Below, one piece after another: positions 18,861 through 29,724 of a stretch of DNA of 47,250 nucleotides; position 1 is the stretch's first letter, and every line of letters begins with the position of its first letter. Made by a program: the position numbers and the translations under genes. Below the pieces are notes generated by a model. It ran no database searches and was not told the origin of the DNA. It saw only the letters and a list, made by a program, of their open reading frames with translations. This DNA comes from Verrucomicrobiota bacterium. GTDB taxonomy: Bacteria; Verrucomicrobiota; Verrucomicrobiia; Limisphaerales; CANJSG01. The stretch lies in the NCBI GenBank assembly GCA_038209745.1, contig JBBQXJ010000033.1:1-47250 (forward strand), written 5' to 3'.

Positions 18861-21800
18861 ATGAGCCGTCGTATCTTTGGCCTTTTGGCACTCCTTCTCT
18901 GCGTTTCCACGTTCTGCGTCCGGGCCCAGCCCTTCATCTCGGAATTCATGGCGTCGAACACGACCGCTCTCGGCGATGTGGACGGGGATTTTTCCGATTG
19001 GATCGAGATCCAGAACCCCGCCGCCACCGCCGTCAGGCTCGACGGTTGGTATCTGACCGACAGCGCCGCAAACCTGACAAAGTGGCGGATTCCGAACGTG
19101 TCGATCCCGGCGCGCGGATTCCGGATCATCTTCGCCTCGGGCAAGGACCGAACAAATGCGGCGGCGCAGTTGCACACGAGTTTCAGCTTGGCGATCGGCG
19201 GGGAGTATCTGGCGCTGGTGCAGCCCGACGGGACGACGGTGGCGTCGGAGTTCAGTCCTCAGTTTCCCCCGCAACAGGACGACGTGTCCTACGGTTCGGT
19301 GCAGGGGACGAACTACTTCTTCAGTCCGGCCACTCCCGGGGCTTCGAACGCCGTGGGGTTCATCGCCAAACTGGCTCCCCCGGCCTTCAGCGAGCAGCGG
19401 GGCTTGAAGTCGGCGCCCTTTTCGTTGGTCCTGAGCAGCGACACGGCCGGGGCGGTCGTCCGCTACACCACGAACGGTTCGGCGCCGACCGCGTCGTCGG
19501 GGCGGGCCTATGGCGGGCCTTTGACGGTGAACGGCACCGTGATGATCCGGGCGGCGGCCTACCGGACCGGCTATCAGGCGTCGGAGCCCGTCACCCACAC
19601 CTACTTGTTTCCAGCCGACATTGTGAACCAGTCCCCGAACGGGGCGGCTCCTTGGTCCGGTTGGCCTGCTGCGAGGACGAGCGGGGGTCAGATCTATGAT
19701 TATGGAATGGATCGGGCGATCACGGGGAACACCACGTTCGGGCCCGAGATGACGAACGCCCTGCAGGCGTTGCCGTCCATCAGCATCGTGATGGATTTGA
19801 ACGACCTTTTCAATCCATCCACCGGGATCTATGCGAACCCGTCCGCCGACGAACGAGCCTGGGAACGACCGGCCTCGGCGGAGCTGATCCAGCCCGATGG
19901 ATCCAAAGGATTCCAGATCAACTGCGGGATCCGGATCCGTGGCGGCTACAGCCGGAGCACCGACAATCCCAAGCATTCCTTCCGCCTGTTCTTCCGGAGC
20001 GACTACGGGCCCTCGAAGCTCAACTTCCAGTTCTATCCGGGCGGGAGTTCGGCCTACGACAAGATCGATCTGCGCACGATGCAGAACTACTCTTGGAGCT
20101 TCGGTGGCGACAGCCAGATGATCTGTGTCCGCGACATTTTTTCCCGGACGACGCAGCTGGCGATGGGGCGGTTGGCGACCCGCGGCGGCCAGTTCTACCA
20201 TCTTTATCTCAACGGCCAGTATTGGGGTCTCTACAACACCGAGGAGCGGGCCGACGCGGCCTACGGTGAAATGTATCTCGGCGGAAAGCAGGAGGACTAC
20301 GACGCCGTCAAAGTGGACCCGGATCTCGGCTACGTGATCGAGGCGACCGATGGGACCCTGAACGCCTGGCGGCGCCTCTGGCAATCGGCCACCAATGGCC
20401 TGGCCGACAACGCCTCCTACTTCCGGATCCAGGGACGCAATCCAAACGGCACGTTGAACCCCGCCTACGAGAACCTCTTGGATGTGCCGTCGCTCATCGA
20501 CTACATGCTGATCATCCTTTATGGCGGCAACTTGGACGCGCCAATCTCGAACTTCCTCGGGAACAACTCGCCCAACAACTGGTTCGGCATCCGCGAGACG
20601 AACGGTCTTTACGGAGGTTTCCAGTTCTTCGTGCACGACGCGGAGCACACGCTCTTGAACGTCACGGAAGACCGGACCGGGCCCTACCCGGCGGGTGATC
20701 CAGCGCGGGGTTCCAGCTTCGGGAAGAGCAATCCGCAATACCTCTGGCAGAAGCTCCAGGCCAACGTGGAGTTTCGCCAGTTGGTGGCGGACCATGTGCA
20801 GCGGCACCTGTTCAACGACGGCGTGTTGACCGTGGGCGCGACGCGCGCGCGGATGCAGTCCTTCAGCAACATGCTCGACCTTCCGATCCTCGGTGAATCG
20901 GCCCGATGGGGCGACTCCAAGACCGCGTCGCCGCTGAACCGCACCACTTGGCGCAATACTTTCCGCAACGTGGTGACGTCCTTCATGGGAGGCCGTACCC
21001 AGACCTTGCTCAGTCAGCTCCGGGCCGACGGCCTGTATCCTCCGACCGGCATTCCGACACCGGTCTTCAGCCAGCGCGGGGGACTGGTGCCCCTTGGCTA
21101 TCCGCTGGCCCTGGATGCGGGCCTCGGAACCCTCTATTACACGACCGACGGATCGGATCCTCGCGAAATCGGTGGGGGCGTTTCCATAACGGCCCGGACC
21201 TATACGGACCGGATCTCCATCGACCGGAACACCTTGGTCCGGACGCGCCGCCTGAGTGGCCCGACCTGGAGCGCGATCGACGAAGCCCTCTTCATCGTGG
21301 CGCAGCCACTGGACGGACTGCTCGTGAGCGAGATCATGTATCATCCCGCTCCGGACGGGACGGTGGATGGCGACGAGTTTGAGTTCATCGAGCTGAAGAA
21401 TGGTTCCTCCTCGGCCATGGATCTTGGCGGACTGGTGTTGAGCAACGCGGTCCGTTTCGACTTTCCGCTGGGCAGCACGCTGGGAGCCGGACAGTTCCTC
21501 GTGCTGGCGGGCAATCCGGCACAATTGACGAACCGCTATCCGGGGGTTGACGTGTTCGGCACCTATCAGGGCCGATTGAACAACGCAGGTGAAACGCTGG
21601 AAATCCTCCGTCCGGGCGGATCGCTCCTCGCGTCCATCGCGTATGGGACCCTGCCGCCCTGGCCGTCCTCCGCCGACGGAACCGGCTTTTCGCTCGTGCC
21701 GCGAAATCCGGCCGCGCAGTCCAATTCATCCGTGGCCGCCGATTGGCGGGCGAGCTCGGCGGTGGGTGGTTCTCCGGGAGTGGACGATCCGTCGAGCGGC

Positions 21801-23834
21801 GTTGCGCCGATCCGCATCACCGAGGTGCTGACCCACACCGATCCGCCGCTCTTTGATTCCATCGAGCTCTTCAATCCCACTACGACGAACGTCGATCTGG
21901 GCGGCTGGTTCCTGACGGACAACACGGGACGTCCCGGCAAGTTCCGAATTCCCGATGGCACGATGATCGCAGCGGGCGGCTATCTCGTCTTCAACGAGGA
22001 AGACTTCGACCGGCCCTTGGATTCGACGAACCGTTTCACCCTCAATTCCCATGGCGAGGAGGTGTATCTCTTCTCGGCCAACGGCGTGGGCGAATTGACC
22101 GGGCATGTCGACGGCTTCGCGTTCCCGGCGGCGCAGAACGGGGTTTCGTTTGGCCGCATGACCAACAGCGAGGGGCGCATCCTCTATCTTCCGCAGACGG
22201 CGCTCACCTTGGGCGCGGCCAATGCCGGACCCCGGATCGGCCCCGTGGTGATCAACGAGATCCGCTACGCGCCCCAGGCGACGGAGGCGGAATTCGTCGA
22301 GCTGAGGAACATCACGGGCACCAACGTCCCGCTTTACGACGTGTCGGCACCGACCAATACCTGGAAGATCAACGGCCTCGGCTATGACTTCCCGGCAGGG
22401 GTCGTCCTCCCGCCCCACGGCCTCGTGCTGGTCGTCGGTTCAGATCCGGGCGCGTTCCGGTCCCGATATTCTGTGCCCGCATCCGTGGGCGTCTTCGGAC
22501 CGTTTCCAGGCTCGCTCCAGAACGGGGGCGAGACGCTGCAGGTGCTGCGTCCGGACAAGCCCGACCTGACGACGAACGGCCTGGAGGTCACCACGTTCAT
22601 TCCCTATCTGTTGGTGGACCAGGTGCGCTACGACCAGAACGCGCCGTGGCCCTCGGGCCTCGAAGGAACCATCGCGTCGATCGAGCGGGTGGATCCGGCG
22701 GCGTTGGGAGACGAACCGATGAATTGGCGCGCCAGTCCCGGGGCGCCGTCGCCCGGTTATGACAATTTCGTCAATCGCCCGCCCATCGTCACGGTCGCGC
22801 CGGATCAGACGCTCGTTGCCGCCGGATTCCCTTTTGCCGTCTCCGTCAGCGGTTCCGTGCTCGACGACGGTGCGCCGAATCCGCCGGGAGCGGTGAGCAC
22901 CCAGTGGCGGTTCGTGGGCGGGCCCGCTCCCGTGACCTTGGCCAATGCGGAAACCCTGACGACGACGGCCACCCTCCGCTGGCCGGGCCGCTACCAATTG
23001 GAGCTGTCGGCCTCCGACGGCCTGCTCGTCAATTCGGCCGTCACCATGGTCACGGTCGTCAGGCAGTCTTCGGCCGCGACGTTGGTTCCGGCCGGCAGTG
23101 TCTGGAAATACTCCGATACGCGCGGCGATCTGGGGACGGCCTGGCGGTCTCCCACGTATGACGACTCCGCCTGGTCGGCCGGACCGGCCCCGCTCGGTGG
23201 CGGCGATCCCCACATTGTCACCACCATCGACATCGGTTCGTCCGGCAACAGGACCCTGACCCAATACTTTCGCCGCCAGTTCACCCTTGGTGCGAAGGCG
23301 GATGCTTCGAATCTCATTCTTCGGCTGCTGCGCGACGACGGTGCGGTGGTCTATCTGAACGGCACGGAGGTGTTCCGCAGCAACATCGCCGACGGGGAGG
23401 TCACCTTCAACACGACGGCCGTCTATGCGGTCGGCGGGGCGGAGGAGACCCAGTTCTTCGAGACCCCGATCGATCGGTCGCTATTGGTGGACGGGGTCAA
23501 CCGCCTCGCCGTGGAGGTTCACCAGGCCAGTTCCGGCAGCTCGGACCTCGGCTTCGATCTGGAGCTGGTGGGCGATACCCTCCAGCCGCTGGTGCCGGAG
23601 CTGCATGGCATCGGGCTCACGTTCGACGGGGGTGGGCAGTTCCGCGCCGAGTTCCCGGCCGAGGCCGGACGGACCTATTCCGTGCAATACCGCGACAACG
23701 TCTCGACCGGCCCGTGGCAAACGCTTCTGGACCTCCCGGCCCGCGCCGAGGCCGACGCGTTGGAGTGGATCGATCCCTTGCCAGCCGGCGCGACCCACCG
23801 GTTCTATCGCGTCGTCACGCCGGCAGTCCCTTGA
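18861..23834 (+). CDS. Large secreted protein: lamin-tail domains, chitobiase/Fn3-associated repeats, CotH kinase domain, PKD-like and beta-sandwich tail
   Basis: Four LTD starts (ISEFMASN, VSEIMYHP, ITEVLTH, INEIRY); RYTTNGSAP and YYTTDGSDP; CotH motifs IRIRGGYSR, KHSFRLFFR, YLNGQYWGLY, FFVHDAEH. Confidence 0.88.
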   Translation: MSRRIFGLLALLLCVSTFCVRAQPFISEFMASNTTALGDVDGDFSDWIEIQNPAATAVRLDGWYLTDSAANLTKWRIPNVSIPARGFRIIFASGKDRTNAAAQLHTSFSLAIGGEYLALVQPDGTTVASEFSPQFPPQQDDVSYGSVQGTNYFFSPATPGASNAVGFIAKLAPPAFSEQRGLKSAPFSLVLSSDTAGAVVRYTTNGSAPTASSGRAYGGPLTVNGTVMIRAAAYRTGYQASEPVTHTYLFPADIVNQSPNGAAPWSGWPAARTSGGQIYDYGMDRAITGNTTFGPEMTNALQALPSISIVMDLNDLFNPSTGIYANPSADERAWERPASAELIQPDGSKGFQINCGIRIRGGYSRSTDNPKHSFRLFFRSDYGPSKLNFQFYPGGSSAYDKIDLRTMQNYSWSFGGDSQMICVRDIFSRTTQLAMGRLATRGGQFYHLYLNGQYWGLYNTEERADAAYGEMYLGGKQEDYDAVKVDPDLGYVIEATDGTLNAWRRLWQSATNGLADNASYFRIQGRNPNGTLNPAYENLLDVPSLIDYMLIILYGGNLDAPISNFLGNNSPNNWFGIRETNGLYGGFQFFVHDAEHTLLNVTEDRTGPYPAGDPARGSSFGKSNPQYLWQKLQANVEFRQLVADHVQRHLFNDGVLTVGATRARMQSFSNMLDLPILGESARWGDSKTASPLNRTTWRNTFRNVVTSFMGGRTQTLLSQLRADGLYPPTGIPTPVFSQRGGLVPLGYPLALDAGLGTLYYTTDGSDPREIGGGVSITARTYTDRISIDRNTLVRTRRLSGPTWSAIDEALFIVAQPLDGLLVSEIMYHPAPDGTVDGDEFEFIELKNGSSSAMDLGGLVLSNAVRFDFPLGSTLGAGQFLVLAGNPAQLTNRYPGVDVFGTYQGRLNNAGETLEILRPGGSLLASIAYGTLPPWPSSADGTGFSLVPRNPAAQSNSSVAADWRASSAVGGSPGVDDPSSGVAPIRITEVLTHTDPPLFDSIELFNPTTTNVDLGGWFLTDNTGRPGKFRIPDGTMIAAGGYLVFNEEDFDRPLDSTNRFTLNSHGEEVYLFSANGVGELTGHVDGFAFPAAQNGVSFGRMTNSEGRILYLPQTALTLGAANAGPRIGPVVINEIRYAPQATEAEFVELRNITGTNVPLYDVSAPTNTWKINGLGYDFPAGVVLPPHGLVLVVGSDPGAFRSRYSVPASVGVFGPFPGSLQNGGETLQVLRPDKPDLTTNGLEVTTFIPYLLVDQVRYDQNAPWPSGLEGTIASIERVDPAALGDEPMNWRASPGAPSPGYDNFVNRPPIVTVAPDQTLVAAGFPFAVSVSGSVLDDGAPNPPGAVSTQWRFVGGPAPVTLANAETLTTTATLRWPGRYQLELSASDGLLVNSAVTMVTVVRQSSAATLVPAGSVWKYSDTRGDLGTAWRSPTYDDSAWSAGPAPLGGGDPHIVTTIDIGSSGNRTLTQYFRRQFTLGAKADASNLILRLLRDDGAVVYLNGTEVFRSNIADGEVTFNTTAVYAVGGAEETQFFETPIDRSLLVDGVNRLAVEVHQASSGSSDLGFDLELVGDTLQPLVPELHGIGLTFDGGGQFRAEFPAEAGRTYSVQYRDNVSTGPWQTLLDLPARAEADALEWIDPLPAGATHRFYRVVTPAVP

Positions 23835-24052
23835 GCCGACGGGCGCCGATCTGATTCCTGAATGAGATCGAACTTCGCTTGCAACCTTTCCCGGGTTGCC
23901 GGCCCAGTGCTGTCGGATCCGGGGCCATGAACTGCGAAGAGGCGCTCATGGCGTGAGACGAGCGTTTCGAACGCGTCGGGTTCGCCGGCTTGCGCCCGGC
24001 GGACCAAAACCGCGTCATCCGGACTCTGCAGACTGGGGGTTGGAGCGGTCAC
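23804..24052 (-). pseudogene. ECF sigma factor remnant with large internal deletion
   Basis: DDAVLVRRAQAGEPDAFETLVSRHER (typical ECF N-terminus) followed within about 17 aa by RERLQ; sigma2/sigma4 cores absent. Confidence 0.6.
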
Positions 24053-24183
24053 CCGGGCGTTTCGATTTTAGGAAATAGCTGGTTCAAAGGTTCAGGGAAA
24101 GGCAGTGCCTCCAGTAAAATCGGAGAGCTCCGGATTGCTGGGCTGAGAGAGACCGGCCTTGAGGACTTCTCGGCAACTCCTCT

Positions 24184-24214
24184 TGTAACCTTTCGGCGGT
24201 TCGTGGCCCGATCT
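24184..24214 (+). promoter_or_regulatory. Putative ECF-sigma-type promoter
   Basis: TGTAACC-N18-CGATCT upstream of the DUF2892 gene, divergent from the ECF remnant. Confidence 0.35.
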
Positions 24215-24247
24215 GGGAAGAACCAACACCATGATGATCCTCCACCT

Positions 24248-24451
24248 ATGAGCACTGAACGCATCGTCCGGCTTTTCGCCGGCACCTTCATCCTCGTGAG
24301 CCTCGCGCTGGCGCACTTTCACAGCCCGAACTGGCTGTGGGTTACCGCGTTTGTTGGCTTCAACCTGTTGCAGTCCTCCCTCACCCGCTTCTGTCCGCTG
24401 GAGATCGTGTTGACGAAGCTCGGAATTGGCACCGGCAAGTGCGGAACCTGA
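24248..24451 (+). CDS. DUF2892 (YgaP-like) membrane protein
   Basis: ERIVRLFAG...WLWVTAFVGFNLLQSSLTRFCPLE. Confidence 0.9.
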   Translation: MSTERIVRLFAGTFILVSLALAHFHSPNWLWVTAFVGFNLLQSSLTRFCPLEIVLTKLGIGTGKCGT

Positions 24452-24453
24452 GC

Positions 24454-24752
24454 ATGGAAACGGGATCCTCCATCACGAACGACTTCCGCGACTTCCAGCT
24501 TTGGAACCTCGCGGGAGTGCTCCTTTGTCCTGACTCGGCGTGGGCGTCTTCGATTCCATCCCCGACGTCGGGGCGCTTTCCGAGAGCCTCATCGGCAAGG
24601 CACGCGTGGAATCGGCCAATCCAGTGGGAGACCTATTGACCGGAGCCGGCTACGAACTGTCCTCAACGGCGGCCCAGGCGGTTCTGGCCCACTTGCGGGA
24701 ATTTGACCGCTCCAAGCCGCCTTCGGGAACCTCGATGGAAACCTTGCCATGA
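24454..24752 (+). pseudogene. Frameshifted remnant, possibly a methyltransferase N-terminal dimerisation domain
   Basis: ATG 2 nt after the DUF2892 stop (NDFRDFQL), continuing in another frame (GVFDSI...DLLTGAGY) to an ATGA overlap with the MFP gene; family resemblance weak. Confidence 0.3.
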
Positions 24753-25792
24753 TGAATCTGATGATAAGACGGCTGGCGCCGGGAGCGGCCGCCTTGATCC
24801 TTGTGGTGTCGGTCGCCGGTTGCGGCCGGCACGAAAAGGCTGTGTTGCCCTCCGATCCGCTGTTGCCGACGGTCCTGGTTCGTGCGGCGACGATCATGGC
24901 TTCGCCCCATCCCGTGGTGGAAGAGGTCGTCGGCACGGTGCGCGCCGGATTACGGGCCAGCATCGAGGCCAAAGTCAGCGGCCGGGTAAAGGAGATGCAC
25001 GTGGTCGACGGACAGCGGGTCAACGCCGGCGATCTCCTGGCGACGCTCGACGTGCGCGAGGTCCAGGCCCAGCTGGACCAGGCGCTCGCCCGGCGCGAGC
25101 AGGCGGCCAGCGATCTGAAACGTTTCGCCAGGTTGGTCGAACAGGGAGCGGTGACTCGCCAAGAATACGACGGGGCCCAGGCGAGCTCCCTCGTGGCCAA
25201 CGCCGCCGTGACCCAGGCCGAGACCCTGCTCGACTACGCCCGGATCACCGCGCCGTTCACCGGCGTCGTGACGCGCAAGCTCGTCGACGTGGGCGATCTC
25301 GCGGTTCCGGGAAAAGCCCTTGTCGAACTCGAAGATCCGACGTCGCTCCGTCTCGAAGCCAACGTGCCGGAAGCGCTCTACGGTCGGGTGAAGATGGGCG
25401 AATCGATGTCCGTTTCGATTCCGGCGATCGAGCGGGTTTTGCATGGCACGGTCGGCGAGATCTCGCCCGCGGTGGACGCCGGCAGCCGGACCTTTCTCGT
25501 GAAGATGGATCTGCCGCAGGATACGACCTTGCGGAGCGGATTGTTCGGTCGGGTGGCCGTGCCAGTGGGTGAAAGCAACGCGCTCCGGGTTCCCGCCAAG
25601 GCGCTGGTGGTCCGGGGCCAGATGGAAATGGTCTTCGTGGTCAAGGACGGGCGCGCCCAGCTCCGGCTCGTCCGGGCGGGCAAGAGGGAGGGCGACGAGG
25701 TTGGCGTCTTGGCGGGGCTTTCCGCTGGAGAAACGGTCGTCATCGACGGCGCCGCCACGCTGCGCGACGGCCAACCCGTGGAGTTGAAATGA
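24749..25792 (+). CDS. RND efflux periplasmic adaptor (MFP), lipoprotein
   Basis: Lipobox [38 protein letters not shown]. Confidence 0.95.
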   Translation: MMNLMIRRLAPGAAALILVVSVAGCGRHEKAVLPSDPLLPTVLVRAATIMASPHPVVEEVVGTVRAGLRASIEAKVSGRVKEMHVVDGQRVNAGDLLATLDVREVQAQLDQALARREQAASDLKRFARLVEQGAVTRQEYDGAQASSLVANAAVTQAETLLDYARITAPFTGVVTRKLVDVGDLAVPGKALVELEDPTSLRLEANVPEALYGRVKMGESMSVSIPAIERVLHGTVGEISPAVDAGSRTFLVKMDLPQDTTLRSGLFGRVAVPVGESNALRVPAKALVVRGQMEMVFVVKDGRAQLRLVRAGKREGDEVGVLAGLSAGETVVIDGAATLRDGQPVELK

Positions 25793-28700
25793 GCAGCTCC
25801 CGCTCCGGGTCCGATTCGCCGACGCCCCACGGTCTCGCCGGCCGGATCGCGCACACGTTCATCGATTCCAAGCTGACCCCGCTGGTGATCATCACCGCCG
25901 TGCTGCTCGGCTTGTTCGCCGTGGTCATGCTCCCGCGTGAAGAGGAGCCGCAGATCAAGGTGCCGATGATCGACGTGCTGGTGTCCATGCCCGGCTTCTC
26001 CGCGAAGGAGGTCGAGCAGCGCGCCACCACCCCGATGGAGAAGCTCCTCTGGGAAATCGCCGGCGTGGAATACCTCTACTCCACGTCGAACGAAGGCGAG
26101 GCCCTGGTCATCGTGCGCTTCAAGGTCGGCTCCGATCCGGACCAGAGCCTGGCCCGGCTGACCGAGAAGCTTCGGTCGAACTTCGACCGCATTCCCCACG
26201 GCGTGGCTTTCCCTCTGGTCAAACCCCGCTCCATCGACGACGTGCCGATCCTCGCGCTGACCTTCCATAGCACCACGCAGGATCATCTGGTGCTCCGGCG
26301 TGTCGCGAACGAGGTCGACGATGCGGTGAAGCAGGTGCCGCTGGTCGCCGAGACGACGATCCTCGGCGGAGCGCACCGGCAAGTGCGCGTGCTGCTCGAT
26401 CCTGCGAAACTCGCGTCCCGCCTACTGAGCCCGGTCGGGTTGGTGCCGATGCTGCAACAGGCGAACCAGCAGTTCCGTTCCGGCGGTTTGACCGCGGGAA
26501 ACCAGGAGATCGTGGTCGAGACCGGCGGCTTCCTCCGGTCGGCGGAGGAGGTGGGCAATGTGGTGGTCGGCGTCTTCGGCGGCCGGCCCGTCTATCTCCG
26601 TGAAGTCGCCGCCATCGTGGATGGCGCGGAAGAACCGGCGAGCTACGTGTTCTTCGGGCACGGCGGCAAGGAATCGAACCAACCCGAAGAAGCGGCCGTG
26701 ACCTTGAGCATCGCCAAACGCCCCGGGGCCAACGCGATTTCCGTGGCGAACGACGTGCTCCGCAAAGTGGAGACCCTGCGCGGCTACCTTCTCCCGGCCG
26801 ACGTGCAGATGACCGTCACGCGGAACTACGGGCAGACGGCGTCGGACAAGTCGAACGAGCTGCTGTTCCACATGGCCATCGCCGTGGTCAGCGTCTCGTT
26901 GTTGATCCTGTTCGTGCTCGGCTGGCGCGAGTCGATCGTCGTCGCTGTGGCCATTCCGGCGACGCTGTCGTTGACGCTGCTGGTCTTCTACCTCCTCGGT
27001 TTCACGCTGAACCGGATCACCCTCTTCGCGCTGATCTTCAGCATCGGCATCCTCGTGGACGACGCGATCGTCGTGGTGGAGAACATCGTCCGGCATTTGC
27101 ATCTCCCGACCAACAAGTCGCGCAATCCATCGACCGTGGCGATCGAAGCGGTGGGCGAGGTGGGCAATCCGACCATCCTGGCCACCTGGGCGGTGATCGC
27201 CGCCGTGCTGCCGATGGCGTTCGTCGGCGGGTTGATGGGTCCTTACATGCGGCCGATCCCGATCGGCGCCAGCGCGGCCATGTTCTTCTCGCTGATCATC
27301 GCCTTCATCGTGACGCCTTGGGCCGCCGTGCGGGTGCTGAAATGGAAGAGAGGGAAACGGAGCGATGGAGCGGTGGAGTCTGGGAGTGTTGATCCTCTGC
27401 CTGATTCCTCCCAACCCAACAACTCCGGCACCCCACCACGCCACCGCTCCGCCTCGGAGCACGAGGAAGACGGCTTCACCCGGGTCTACCGCCGGATCAT
27501 GGCGCCGCTGCTGTCGCATCGTCTGTGGCGCTACGGCTTTCTCGGCGGAATCAGCCTGTTGCTGTTGGCCGCGATTGTCATGGTGCCCCTCGGCTGGGTG
27601 AAGATGAAGATGCTGCCCTTCGACAATAAATCGGAGTTCCAGGTCATCCTGAACATGCCCGAAGGCAGCTCGCTGGAACGGACCGCCCAGGCCGCCCGCG
27701 AGATCGCCGCCGCCGTTCGTTCCGAACCTGAAGTGACGGACTACGAGATCTACACCGGTGTTTCGTCGCCGTTCAATTTCAACGGCCTTGTCCGCCACTA
27801 CTTCCTCCGGCACGGCGCCAATGTCGCCGACATCCAGATCAACCTCGTTCCCAAGCACGAACGGAAAGCCCAGAGCCACGACATCGTGAAACGGGTTCGC
27901 CCCCGCGTGGCGGCGATCGCGGCCAAGTTCGACGCCCGCGTGGCCGTGGCGGAAGTGCCGCCCGGACCGCCCGTGCTCCAGACCCTGGTGGCCGAGATCT
28001 ACGGCCCGGACGAAGTCGTCCGACGGGATCTTGCCGGGAAGGTGCGGGACATCTTCAAACAGGCCGAAGGGGTCGTGGACGTGGACTGGTATGTGCAGGC
28101 CGACCAGCCGAAGGTCCGCTTCGTCATCGACAAGGAAAAGGCCGCCCTCCACGGCATCAGCGCCGAGACCATTTCCCGCACGCTGGCCATCGCCGTCGGC
28201 GGACAGTCGGTCGATCTCGTGCATCTGCCTGGCGAGAAGGAAGACGTGAATCTCGTGCTTGAGCTGCCGCGATCTTCCCGCACCACCCCCGAGGAACTGC
28301 TGGCTCTGCGCGTCCGCTCCGGCGATGCCAACGCCCTGCCCGAGTCGGGTTCAGCCGGATCCGCGCCTCCGCTGGTTCCGTTGCGGGAACTGCTGTCGGT
28401 CGAGCATGGCCTGGTCGACCAGGGCATCTACCACAAGAACCTGATGCACGTGACCTACGTCATCGGCGACGTGGCCGGCAGGGTAGAAAGTCCCGCCTAC
28501 GCCATCTTCGCGATGAACCAGAAACTGAAGGCGCTGGGCGTCGACATCTACAATGCGTCGATGCCGTTCAGCGACCTCAAGCCCGCGCTCAAGTGGGACG
28601 GCGAATGGCACATCACGCTGGAAGTCTTCCGCGATCTTGGTTTGGCCTTCGCGGCGGTGCTGGTCCTGATCTACGTGCTGATGGTCGGCTGGTTCCGGTC

Positions 28701-29121
28701 GTTCCTTACGCCGGTGGTCGTAATGGTCGCCATCCCGTTCTCGCTGGTCGGCATCCTGCCGGCGCACGGGTTGATGGGGGCGTTCTTCACCGCCACGTCG
28801 ATGATCGGTTTCATGGCCGGCGCCGGCATCGTGGTGCGGAACTCGATCATCCTCGTGGACTTCATCGAACTGCGCCTGGCCGAGGGCATGCCCTTGGCCG
28901 AAGCAGTGGTGGATGCGGGCGCGGTGCGGTTCCGGCCGATGCTCCTGACGGCGTTGGCCGTGGTGGTGGGCGCGACGGTGATCCTCTTCGACCCGATCTT
29001 CCAAGGATTGGCCATCGCGCTGATGGCCGGCGAAGTGGCCTCGCTTTTGATCAGCCGCATGGCCGTGCCGGTGCTCTACTTCATGGCCAACGACCGGAAA
29101 CGGAAAGTGGGATCCCCATGA
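25789..29121 (+). CDS. RND efflux permease (AcrB/AcrD/AcrF superfamily; PREEEPQI subtype)
   Basis: [46 protein letters not shown]; 12-TM pattern. Confidence 0.95.
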   Translation: MSSSRSGSDSPTPHGLAGRIAHTFIDSKLTPLVIITAVLLGLFAVVMLPREEEPQIKVPMIDVLVSMPGFSAKEVEQRATTPMEKLLWEIAGVEYLYSTSNEGEALVIVRFKVGSDPDQSLARLTEKLRSNFDRIPHGVAFPLVKPRSIDDVPILALTFHSTTQDHLVLRRVANEVDDAVKQVPLVAETTILGGAHRQVRVLLDPAKLASRLLSPVGLVPMLQQANQQFRSGGLTAGNQEIVVETGGFLRSAEEVGNVVVGVFGGRPVYLREVAAIVDGAEEPASYVFFGHGGKESNQPEEAAVTLSIAKRPGANAISVANDVLRKVETLRGYLLPADVQMTVTRNYGQTASDKSNELLFHMAIAVVSVSLLILFVLGWRESIVVAVAIPATLSLTLLVFYLLGFTLNRITLFALIFSIGILVDDAIVVVENIVRHLHLPTNKSRNPSTVAIEAVGEVGNPTILATWAVIAAVLPMAFVGGLMGPYMRPIPIGASAAMFFSLIIAFIVTPWAAVRVLKWKRGKRSDGAVESGSVDPLPDSSQPNNSGTPPRHRSASEHEEDGFTRVYRRIMAPLLSHRLWRYGFLGGISLLLLAAIVMVPLGWVKMKMLPFDNKSEFQVILNMPEGSSLERTAQAAREIAAAVRSEPEVTDYEIYTGVSSPFNFNGLVRHYFLRHGANVADIQINLVPKHERKAQSHDIVKRVRPRVAAIAAKFDARVAVAEVPPGPPVLQTLVAEIYGPDEVVRRDLAGKVRDIFKQAEGVVDVDWYVQADQPKVRFVIDKEKAALHGISAETISRTLAIAVGGQSVDLVHLPGEKEDVNLVLELPRSSRTTPEELLALRVRSGDANALPESGSAGSAPPLVPLRELLSVEHGLVDQGIYHKNLMHVTYVIGDVAGRVESPAYAIFAMNQKLKALGVDIYNASMPFSDLKPALKWDGEWHITLEVFRDLGLAFAAVLVLIYVLMVGWFRSFLTPVVVMVAIPFSLVGILPAHGLMGAFFTATSMIGFMAGAGIVVRNSIILVDFIELRLAEGMPLAEAVVDAGAVRFRPMLLTALAVVVGATVILFDPIFQGLAIALMAGEVASLLISRMAVPVLYFMANDRKRKVGSP
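27358..27451. repeat. In-frame palindromic octamer-repeat element inside RND gene
   Basis: GGAGCGAT GGAGCGGT GGAGTCTG GGAGTGTT G, spacer, then inverted arm CAACAACTCC GGCACCCC ACCACGCC ACCGCTCC. Confidence 0.8.
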
Positions 29122-29276
29122 GGTTCATTTCCGCTCCCGCCTGCGCCTCCGATCCGCTCGGCGGCTGACAATACCACTCGGAACAAAATCTTCCGGATCC
29201 TTCCTCGCCCGTTGACCAACCTGATAGGCGCTGAAGCGCATGGTTAGCCAAGTCATTTGAAAGTGATCTCCTTCAG

Positions 29277-29664
29277 GCGACTTCCAGAAACTCAATTGTC
29301 TGAAAGAAACAGTCTTTAAAATTGAGCAGGCGGGGCGGGTCGAACACCCGTTCGCGGTCATGAACGGCCAAGCCGGGAGGATCTTCCTCCGCTACATCGG
29401 CTGCGCCCGCAACCCGGCGGCCATCCAGATGATGAACCTCTGCTACAACCTCAAACGCTAAGAGACCATCCTGCGCCTCAAGCTCCATCCGCTCGCCGCC
29501 TGCACCGCGGCTGCCAAAACGCCTTCATCAGATCTATGGATCACCTTCCGGTCTTTTGCGGGACCCACCGCTGCATTCCACCGGGCCGAAGCCGGCCATC
29601 GCCTTTGCGTTCCAATTTCCATTTCCAACGCCCCGCTTCAAAAAACTCGGTTTTTGGAATTCCC
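29277..29664 (+). mobile_element. Internally deleted IS5-family element (MITE-like, 388 bp)
   Basis: Transposase C-terminus RVEHPFAVM...YIGCARN...MMNLCYNLKR* (29336-29461); imperfect terminal IRs GCGACTTCCAGAAACT and reverse complement GGGAATTCCAAAAACC (12/16 match). Confidence 0.7.
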
Positions 29665-29724
29665 ATGAGGATCGTCCATGCTTTTGCTCGCATGCGATGG
29701 ATGCTCGGCCTTCCGATCCATGAA

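Noticed and set aside
18681..21524. 947-aa minus-strand ORF and other long antisense ORFs (e.g. 12338-14221, 26422-28224, 44820-46496)
   Set aside because: Shadows of well-supported genes on the opposite strand in high-GC DNA; no recognisable motifs
27358..27451. CRISPR array interpretation of the periodic repeats (also 43403-43481, 46402-46561)
   Set aside because: Units are 7-8 bp, contiguous, without unique spacers, and no cas genes are present
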